A DNA stretch of 64,000 nucleotides, taken from sequence record NC_019406.1. One strand, 5' to 3'. Made by a program: the position numbers and the translations under genes. Within the stretch, counting starts at the first letter, position 1; each line of letters begins with the position of its first letter. This document shows, piece after piece, positions 45,308 through 54,800 of the stretch. The notes under the pieces are model-generated. The model was not told where the DNA came from. It was given only the letters and a program-made list of their open reading frames with translations, and searched no databases.

Positions 45308-47620
45308 ATGCCCATCACCACTGACGAAAAGGTCGACTTCCTGTTCAAGCAGGCTGGCTTCGGTGTCGCCAAGACCGAAACGGCCGCGAACAAGACTGGC
45401 TCGAACGAAACCATCCCGTTCCCGCAGGTGGTCTTCCCGGACTCGGTCTGGAAGGAGTCCAACCTCATTCCGCCGTCGGCGCCGGTGTCGTCGGGGGGCG
45501 TTATCGAGGCGTGGACCGGCGCGAACCGCATCCGTGCGACGACCGACCCGACTTCGACTCCGAATCTGACGTGGCTGGCGACTGAAGTCTTCGGAACGCC
45601 CGCCTCGCGTCTGTCGGGCTTCGTGCCGCCGACTTTCGGCTCCAGCTACGCCGTCAAGGTGTATATCGGCGACCCCAACGTGGGTCCGGCCGCGCGTATC
45701 TTCCCCGACACCACGGGCGAGGAATGGGTGTTCAACTACACCTCGGGCGTGCTCATGTTCATGGGCAACAGCATCCCCGCCGCTAAGACCGCCACGATCG
45801 GTTCCGGATCGGTGACGGTCGCCGCCAACGGCATTTACCTCGAACTCTACCAGTACGTCGGCGCGGTCGGCGTGGGCGATGAAGGCGTCGCCAACGGTTA
45901 CGAACTGCCCCTGGGCGGCACCAGCGCCTGGACCGGTGCCGTGCCGCTGGACGACAACACGAGCATCTCCGAGGCCATCGACTTGATCAACAACAAGCTG
46001 GGCGACGTGGCCTCGGACACGCCGGCCGACGGCTTCCATCTCGTCCTGGGCGACGTCACGGTGGACGGCGATGGTTCCTGGTCGCCGGGCGCCGTTCCGT
46101 TCACCAACAACATGCCCGTCAGCGAAGGCATGGATCGCCTCAACGAAGTGCTCGCCAAGCTGATCCCGGCAACGCCGCCGGATTTCCCGAACGGCACGCT
46201 GTCGATCTCGAACACGGCTGGTTCTTCGCCGCGTCTGGCGACGGGCGTCACCGATAATTCGGGTGGCGGTTCGGGCTACGTCGATGGTGGCGCTGTTACC
46301 CGCATCACCGCTGCTGGCATCAACAGCAACACGTTCAACGACGTGGGTCCGGGCGATGTGGGCACGGTCGCGGCGTTCCTGAACGGCGTCGCCACCGCCA
46401 CGCACGCGCTCACGGGTACGGGCGACAACGGGACCTATTCGGGGCTCGTGATTGCCGACCAGAAGGACTACCCCGTCTCGACGCCGGGCTTCTGGAAGTC
46501 GATCGACGTCTCGCTCAACGGGTTCGCGGCTCCGATCGGTATCAACAAGGCCCGTATCTCGCACGGCGGCGCCGGCCAAACCAACGACGTCTTTTTCGTT
46601 CGTGATGCCCTCACGGCAACGCCCGCGATCACTTCGCCCTCGGTCGTCCAGGCCGGCGCGGGCACCCTGGCTTATTCCTCGGGGGTCCCGCACTACGGGA
46701 CCGGCGCGACGCTGACGGTCAACCTGTCGTATTCGAATCTGTCGGGCGAGACCTACTATGGTGGTTCCGACCCCATCACGATCACGGGCACGAACAGCAT
46801 CATCGGCTCGCAGGCGTTCGATTATCCGGCGCTCGGCATCACCACGCCGATCCCGCGCCAGACGACCGCCGCCACGGCGATCACCGCGATCACCGTCAAT
46901 GTGAATCCGACGAACGTCCACAATGTTGGTGTCATCCAGGGCGTCGCCAAGAACGTCAACGGCTCCAGCACGACGACCACGCTGTCGACCACGAACGTCC
47001 TGGTCAAGGCCGGGTCTGCCGGCTCGCGCATCGACGAGATGAGCGTTCCGGTTTCGGGCCTGGGTTCGTCGCCGAACACCAACAACGCCGTCTCGGTGGT
47101 GATGGCAGGCGGCGATACGCCGGCGGGCGCGCCGTCGGCCTGGACGACGTCGACGCAGGTCCAGACCTACGACGCCACGGTCGTCGCTGGCGTACTGAAG
47201 CACGACCAGACCGACTACACCAACTACATGCCGTCCGGCCCGAACTATTCGTCGGGTCGCACGGGTTCGCAGTACCGCACCTTCTCGTTCAACCGTGCGG
47301 CGCGCTCGACCTTCAAGATCACGATCGCGGGCTCCTACGCCGGCTGCTGGATCAAGCTGCCGGGCGTCTCGGATACGCAGCCCAATGCTCCGAACGGTTG
47401 GTGGAACGCATTCCAGGCCTACGACGGCGCCGGCGTTCCGGGCGAAGCCGGCGATACCGCCAACGGCTGCGCGCTGGGCGGCGTCATGTCGGGCGGCTCT
47501 GGCACCTTCACGATCACGTTCGGCACGGAATCGTCGACGAACGCGACCGGCAATCAAATCCTGGTCCGCCTCAAGCTGAACGCGGGCCAGCAAGTCACGG
47601 CACTCTCCTTCTCGAACTAA
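45308..47620 (+). CDS. Beta-rich virion protein (770 aa), two-module
   Basis: N-terminal module paralogous to 47622-48317, C-terminal module paralogous to 43419-45299. Confidence 0.85.
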   Translation: MPITTDEKVDFLFKQAGFGVAKTETAANKTGSNETIPFPQVVFPDSVWKESNLIPPSAPVSSGGVIEAWTGANRIRATTDPTSTPNLTWLATEVFGTPASRLSGFVPPTFGSSYAVKVYIGDPNVGPAARIFPDTTGEEWVFNYTSGVLMFMGNSIPAAKTATIGSGSVTVAANGIYLELYQYVGAVGVGDEGVANGYELPLGGTSAWTGAVPLDDNTSISEAIDLINNKLGDVASDTPADGFHLVLGDVTVDGDGSWSPGAVPFTNNMPVSEGMDRLNEVLAKLIPATPPDFPNGTLSISNTAGSSPRLATGVTDNSGGGSGYVDGGAVTRITAAGINSNTFNDVGPGDVGTVAAFLNGVATATHALTGTGDNGTYSGLVIADQKDYPVSTPGFWKSIDVSLNGFAAPIGINKARISHGGAGQTNDVFFVRDALTATPAITSPSVVQAGAGTLAYSSGVPHYGTGATLTVNLSYSNLSGETYYGGSDPITITGTNSIIGSQAFDYPALGITTPIPRQTTAATAITAITVNVNPTNVHNVGVIQGVAKNVNGSSTTTTLSTTNVLVKAGSAGSRIDEMSVPVSGLGSSPNTNNAVSVVMAGGDTPAGAPSAWTTSTQVQTYDATVVAGVLKHDQTDYTNYMPSGPNYSSGRTGSQYRTFSFNRAARSTFKITIAGSYAGCWIKLPGVSDTQPNAPNGWWNAFQAYDGAGVPGEAGDTANGCALGGVMSGGSGTFTITFGTESSTNATGNQILVRLKLNAGQQVTALSFSN

Positions 47621-47621
47621 G

Positions 47622-48317
47622 ATGGCAATCTCGATCAACGAAATCGTCGACGCCCTCCAGAAGAAGATTCTGAGCGGCAAGACCAAGACCGGCAAGTCGA
47701 CCGACAAGTTCCCCTCGAACGAGTCGATCTCCTCGCCGCTCGTGGTCTTCCCGGACAACATCTGGAAGGACGCTGCTTCGGTGCCGGCCTCGCCGCCGGC
47801 GTCGACGAATTCGTTGGTCACGGTCTATGCGGGCGCCTCGCGTATCCGGATGACGGCCGACCCCACCTCGGCTCCAAACGAGACGTGGCTGGCGACGTCG
47901 ACCTACAACAATCCGGCCACGCGCCTGACGGACTTCTTGGACACGAACTTCGGCACTGGCTACGCCGTTCGCGTCTTCATCGGCGACCCCAACGGGGGAC
48001 CCGCCGCGCGTATTTTCCCCGACACGACCGGGGAAGAATGGACCTTCGATTACGTGGCGGGCGTGCTGAACTTCCCGACCGCCGTACCGGGATCGAAGAC
48101 TGCAACCGTGGGTTCCGGGACCGTCAGCGTGGCGGGCAACGGCATCTACATCGAGGTCTACCGCTACACGGGCGAAAAGGGCGTGGGTGGCGGTGGCGTT
48201 CAACCTGGGGACCTGGGGACCATGGCCACTCAGGACTCCGATGCGGTCGCGATCACCGGGGGTGACATCGCCAACGTAACCTTCTCCAACGTCACCATCG
48301 ACGGTGGCACTTTCTAA
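47622..48317 (+). CDS. Virion protein (231 aa), paralog of the N-terminal module of 45308-47620
   Basis: Shared ARIFPDTTGEEW.F.Y..GVL and TADPTS.PN.TWLAT. Confidence 0.85.
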   Translation: MAISINEIVDALQKKILSGKTKTGKSTDKFPSNESISSPLVVFPDNIWKDAASVPASPPASTNSLVTVYAGASRIRMTADPTSAPNETWLATSTYNNPATRLTDFLDTNFGTGYAVRVFIGDPNGGPAARIFPDTTGEEWTFDYVAGVLNFPTAVPGSKTATVGSGTVSVAGNGIYIEVYRYTGEKGVGGGGVQPGDLGTMATQDSDAVAITGGDIANVTFSNVTIDGGTF

Positions 48318-48329
48318 AGGGCAAAGCCG

Positions 48330-48752
48330 ATGGCTTCTATCGTCTACAACTCCATGCTCGACGATCTCGTCAAGGGCAACATCAACTTCGGGTCCGACTC
48401 GTTCAAGGTCATGCTGGTCACCAGCACCTATACCGCGAACAAGGACACGCACATGAAGCGGTCCGACGTCACGGCTGGCGAAGTCACGGGCACCGGCTAC
48501 ACCGCCGGCGGCCAAGCCACGACCGTGACCTGCACCAAGGACACTTCGTTCGACCGTGAAGACCTCACGTTCTCGACCGTGACCTGGACGTCCGCGACGA
48601 TCACCGCCAATGCGGCGGTCATCTACAAGTCGCGTAACGGCGCGGCTTCGGCTGACGAACTCGTGGCCTACGTCGACTTCGGTCAGAACGTCTCGTCCAC
48701 GAACGCTAACTTCGCGGTCAGCTTCTCCAGCCCGCTGCGCTTCCAGAACTAA
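48330..48752 (+). CDS. Virion structural protein (140 aa)
   Basis: IN.GSD.FKVML.TS.YT.N.DTH and GTGYTAGG pattern seen next to fibre genes. Confidence 0.7.
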   Translation: MASIVYNSMLDDLVKGNINFGSDSFKVMLVTSTYTANKDTHMKRSDVTAGEVTGTGYTAGGQATTVTCTKDTSFDREDLTFSTVTWTSATITANAAVIYKSRNGAASADELVAYVDFGQNVSSTNANFAVSFSSPLRFQN

Positions 48753-48757
48753 TCGAG

Positions 48758-48786
48758 GAGTCACGTTTCCTTGTGAAACGTGACTC
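48758..48786. promoter_or_regulatory. Inverted repeat GAGTCACGTTTC-cttgt-GAAACGTGACTC
   Basis: Same arms as 39620-39653. Confidence 0.8.
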
Positions 48787-48839
48787 TTTCGTTTACTATG
48801 CCGGCTTTCCCACAACGCTGATCGAAGCGCCCCTGACTC

Positions 48840-51800
48840 GTGGCTAATCTCGACCTGAATACGCCTGTCTCCGTCGCCTACTCGGGCGGCGTGGAAACGT
48901 ATGTCGCGACGTCCGCCGGTCAGGTTACCGTCCACATGTGGGGTGGTGCGGGCGCCGGCGGCTACTACTCGGGTGGATCGGGTAATACGGACCGGCGCGG
49001 TGGGGCCGGTGGCTATGCAACCGTTCGTTTCTTCGTCAAGCCCGGCGATATCCTGTCGACCGAAGTGGGACAGGGCGGTCAAGTCGCTACTGGCTCGGGT
49101 GCGACCGTCACCTCGGGTGGTAATGGTGGCTGGCCTGATGGTGGGTTCGGCGGCAAGTCATCGTCAAATACCGGCATCGGGTTCGGCGGCGGCGGCGGCT
49201 CAACCCGCCTCTACAAGAACGGTGAACTCGTTGCGGTCGCCGGCGGCGGCGGCGGTGCGACCGGCTTCTACTATGGGGGCAACGGCGGCGGCGTGTCCGG
49301 TTGGGCGTCTACTGACGCCTCTTCGGGTGGCGGCGGCACGCAAACGGCTGGCGGGGCTACCGGCACGGGCGTAACCGGCATGGCCGGTTCTTATTTCCAG
49401 GGTGGTTTGGGCGCGGCTGTACAAGCCACGGCGGCGCCAACGGCGGGGGCCGGCGGCGGCGGAGGCTATTACGGTGGTGGTTCGAACGGCGGAGCCTCGG
49501 GCGCGCACGGCTCCGGCGGTGGAGGCTCGGGCTACATCAACTCGAATGGTCAATATAATGGGGCGTTGAAGGCCGGTCAGAACAACACCGGTATTCCCTA
49601 TGATGTTTCGGGGGTTCGCGGATCGGGTATTGCGGAGGGCGGTACTGGCCCCACGGCGGCAAATAGCTGGAATCTGATCACGCCCGGTGGCAACGGCCAA
49701 CTCTACATGACGTTGGCTGATCCGTCTGCGACGGCGACCACGTTCCCGACCTCGGGCACGACCACGCTCAGCTACACCGGATCGCGCCTCGTCTACGTCG
49801 CCACGCAGTTGATGTCGGTTGACTTCGAGATGTGGGGCGGAGGTGGCTCCGGCGGCTTCTACACGTCTGGCGGCAATTCCGGCGTGAAGGGTGGCGCAGG
49901 TGGCTACACCAAGCTGACGCGTATCTTCTATCCCGGCGACATCGTCGAGATCGAGGTTGCCCAGGGTGGGCAGGCTCCCACCTCTCCTGGCGGCCTGAAC
50001 ATCGGTGGCGTGGGCGGTTGGCCCAATGGGGGCGATGGTGGACGTCCAACGACCACTACCAACAACATGGGCGGCGGTGGCGGCTCGTCCAACATTTTCG
50101 TCAACGGCCGGCTTCTGGCCGTGGCTGCGGGCGGCGGCGGCTCGACGGGCTTCTATAACGGCGGCAATGGCGGCGGACGCTATGGCCTAGCCGATGCTGC
50201 GACCACCAACAGTGGCAACGGCGGCACCTGGGCGCTTGTCGGTACGGGCTTGAACCGAGCCTACCTCCTGCTGGGCGGGCATGGTTCGCCCAACGAAACG
50301 CGTGACGTCGCGATCTCTACGGCTGGCGCAGGCGGTGGCGGTGGTTATTGGGGCGGTGGCGGCGCGCGCGGTGGGGCGAATACCCATGGCGCGGGCGGCG
50401 GCGGCTGCGGCTATCACAGCGGCGACAACACCTACAACCGCGACATGCAGATCGGCGTGGCGCAATCGGGTAATCCGTATTCCACGGCGGCCCGTCCGGC
50501 TGGCGTAGGCCAAGGCGGCGTCAGTGGCACGACGGCCGGCACGACGACGAATGGCGGCGACGGCGCGATCGTTTTTACCGTCACGCCCATCACGCCCACT
50601 ACCCTTCCGACCGACAAGACGGCGCTGAGTTTCACGGGCGCGCCTGTCCACTACATCGCTGACAGCTACGGCGCCATGAGCGTCAAGGCGTGGGCCGCAG
50701 GCGGCGGCGGCGGCACGAAGGCGACGGGTACCGCGCCTCGCGGCGGCGGCGGCGGTTTCGCCCAAATCCCTACGGTCAAGATCAAGCCGGGCGACATCAT
50801 CACGTGTGTGGTCGGCGAAGGTGGTCGTGGCCAGCCCTCTGGCACCCTAGGTGGGCGAGGCGGATACCCCAATGGCGAAGGCGGTAATGCCGCTGATGCG
50901 ACCGGCGGCAGCGGCGGCGGTGGCGGCTCCTCGCACGTCTATCTGAATGGCGAACTCATTTTGGTGGCCGGCGGTGGTGGCGGCGGCTCGATCTCGTTCG
51001 GCGGCGCCTCCGGGGGCCAGCCGTCCTATGCGCCCAGCAGCAACAGCTTCGAAACCCATGGCTCCAGCCTCAACTTGGCAGGCTGGGCGCCTCAACGCGC
51101 GTTGGAAGGTAACAACCGTGCGACCTTCATGCTGGGAGGTATGGGTCAGATCGATGGCAATCTGACCATCGATACGCCCAACAGCCTGTGCGGCGGCGGC
51201 GGCGGCGGCGGTTATTACGGCGGGGCTGGCTCTGTCCCGCTCAACTCGCGCTTCTACGGCGGCGGCGCTGGAACGACCTACATTCATCCGTCTTACGTGG
51301 GTTCGGCGATCGTCGCCACGGTCAGCGGTTCGAACACGACTGACGCCGATTGGGTGTCCGGCATCAGCGTCGCCGGTCAAGGCTCGAACACGGTCGGCAG
51401 TTCTACGCTGATCGGCGGCAACGGTCGCATCGTTATCGACTTCGACATTCCCGCGACTCTGAATGAGAGCGCGACGACGGCTGTTCCGGTCCAGAGCAAC
51501 GTGCAGACCTACATGGTCGGCAGCGATGGCGATCTGGTTCTGAACGCCTGGGGCGGCGGCGGTGGCGGCTCGACTGTGCCTTCGGGCGGCGGCGGTGAGC
51601 GCGGTGGCGGCGGAGGCTACGCGGCCGGCACTGTGACCGTCAAGAAGGGCCAGATCATCAAGTTCTACAATGGTCGTGGCGGCGGCGGGGCGACCTATAC
51701 GAGTGGTACGGCGACCGCTATGGTCGGCTCGGGTGGCCTCGGCGGCTGGCCCGACGGTGGTAACGGCGGTCTGAATACCTCCTGCATCAGCGGCGGCGGT

Positions 51801-54800
51801 GGCGGCTCGTCGCGCATCTACATCGACGATGTCCTTATGTTTGTCGCCGGCGCCGGCGGCGGTGTGGGCGCGGGGTCGACGACCACTACTCCGGGGGGCG
51901 GCGGTGGTACGACGGGCGGCAACTCGGACGCGCCTTCCGGTCAAAATAATGGCGGTCTGCAATACATCGGGGGTCGTAACTCTAACCGCACGACGGATAC
52001 GACCTCGGCCGGCGGCCTTTTCAAGGGTGGACACGGATACATCACCGGGGGCTCCATTACGGTCAGTGCCACTACGTCTGGCGCCGGCGGTGGTGGTGGC
52101 CTCTTCGGTGGTTCGGGGTCGGGCGGCTCATCGAGCTACATTGGGGGTGCCGGCGGCTCGGGCTTCATCGCAGACGGTTACGGCGTCACGCCGGCCGATC
52201 CGTATCGACCTTATGTCGGGCTCCAGTGGAGTTTCGAATCGGGCTCGTTTATCGATGACGGGCGCACGACCGAAGTCACCTTGCTCGACACCGCGCCCAC
52301 GTTGACGACGACGGGGCCGAAGTACGGCACCGCGTGCGCAAACATCAATAACGGTCACGTGACCGCCAATATCCCGGTGATCGGCACCCAGGACTTTACC
52401 CTGGAGGGTTGGTTTAATCCGACGACGCTGGCGACCGGGGTCATGATGATCATCGGCAACAACAGCATCAACGGGCTGTCGTTGCACTATTATCCCTCGG
52501 CGACGGTCCTGGCCCTGCGCTACAACAACACGGCCGGCGACGGTTCGGCTGACTATAAGTACACCGACACGAATCGCGCTGCCGGTGTGTGGGCGCACTA
52601 TGCCGTCACCCGTGACGCCAACGGGACGCGCGTCTACAAGGACGGTAAGCTCGTCACTAATGTGACCGGCGTCGCGGTCACCAACATCACCGCCACGACC
52701 CTGACCCTCGGCAACTACAATGCCGGCACGGGCGCTTCTACGCGATTCACTGGCAAGATCGATGAAGTTCGTTTGACGGTTGGCGTTTCCCGCTACAAGC
52801 AGAACTTCAACCCTCAGCCGTTCCAGAACAAGTTCTCTCAAATCCCTGCGGTGACTACGCTCACGCAAGGCTCGAACGGCGCGACGGGCCAGCCCGCAGG
52901 TACCGCCGTGTCTGGTTATCTGTCTGGACGAGGCGTCGGCGCTCAAACCACCCAATCCTTGGCCAGTGGCGTCAACGGCGGCGACGGGCAGATCAACTAC
53001 TTCCTTCAGACCTCGACTGTGGCGGCGACGGGGTCGATCGGCACGATTACGATGTCGGCGCCGGATGCTGTGGCAGGTGCCTTTTACCCGCTGACCGCGC
53101 CCGGCACCAAGATCGTTGAGAACTACTCGGGGCAGCGCGTCAACTATCAGGCGACCGCAGCCGGGACCACGCGCGTACTCGTCGAGATGTGGGGCGCAGG
53201 CGGCGGCGGCGTTTCCAGCAACAACACGAACGGTGGTGGCGGAGGTGGTTATACCTCCTACGAGGTCGACCTTAATCAAGGCGACATCATCAGCGTCCAG
53301 GCTGCTTCGGGCGGTCAGGGCGGCAATTCCGCCAACACCGTCGCGGCCATCAATGCGGGAGGTTACCCCGATGGCGGGGCCGGCTGGGCTCCTGCGTTCA
53401 CCGCTTTCAATGGCGGCGCCGGTGGCGGCTCTCGCCTTTACGTGCGCGCTGTCCTCGCGGCCGTCGCGGGCGGCGGCGGTGGCGGCGCCTATGGTTCGGT
53501 CGGCTATCAGTATTTTGGCGGCCCTGGCGGCGGGACCTCTGGTGGCAATAGCGACGCCACGGGCGGGGGTACGCAGACCGCTGGTGGCGGTAGCTCGGGT
53601 AACGGGCTTCCGGGCAGCTTCCTTCAGGGCGGCGCGGGCGGCACTACGCAGCGTATCGCCGGCAATGGCCCTGGCGGCGGTGGTGGCTACTATGGTGGTG
53701 GCGCGGGCGGCGCCAACACGGGCGGCGGCGGCGGCTCCGGCTACGTCAACACGGCTATTGCCGGATTCCGCGCAGGCTCGACGCAGGCTGGTTCCGGCTT
53801 CCAGGCCGCTGGGCAATCGTCTCCGAATTACGTAGCGGGTATTGGTCGTGGCACGACCGGCCAAGGCCCGCAAATCGGTGGCAACGGCCTTATCGTCATC
53901 ACGAATATCACGCCGACGCCGGCGGCGACGTCTGGCGACCTCGGACCGGACATCACCACCACGCCGATTACGTCGTTTGGTCTCCAGATCGGCCTGCCGG
54001 TCTCCAAGCCGAATGCGACGGTGACGATCGAGCCTCCGGTTGGCTATTACGGCTTCCCCGGCTTCCCGACGATGCAGCCGTTTGATCATGCGATCAATCT
54101 GCTGCCGGTCGAATCCAACCCGACCAGCAACGCGCTGGTCATCGTGCCGATCAACGACAGCCAGTCGATCCATCTGTCGCCGCCCTTGAACGCACCTCTG
54201 GTGGTTCCGGCGGAAGGTACGGGCGAATTGCCTACGGTGACGGTGACCGCGCCGGATGGCTCGGTGCCCAACAGTGCGACCGGCGACCTGGGCACGGCGA
54301 TCACGCTGACGCCGGTCGAGGCGACCACCGACGTTGTCCCGCCGGTCGAGACCTCGGGCGATGTCGGCACGATCACGATCGAACCGCTTCTGGGCGACGG
54401 ATCGATCAACTACAACGGATATGCGGGCGGCAACGTCGGTACTGTCACGCTGACGCCGCCTAATGGGTCGGCCGATCCCGGCAGCCCCCACGTCATCGAA
54501 GACATGCCGCCGGCTATCGTGGTCTCGCCGCCTGCGGCCTCGCTGACGATTCCGGCGACGACGTCTGGCGGCCTGGGGCCGGCGGTCGTATTGACTCCGG
54601 CGGAAGCCTTCACGGGCATCGAGGGCAACCCGCTGGCCGTCTTGCCCGAAATTCAGGTGGTCGGTCCCCTCGTGTCGGTCAACACGAGCACGGGTGACGA
54701 TGTCCAGGTCTTCGCTGATCCTGGTCAGATTTTCGTTCGTCCTCCGCTTGGAGATGGCCTCGAAATCACGGAGGCCAACTATGTCGACGGCTTGTCGTCG

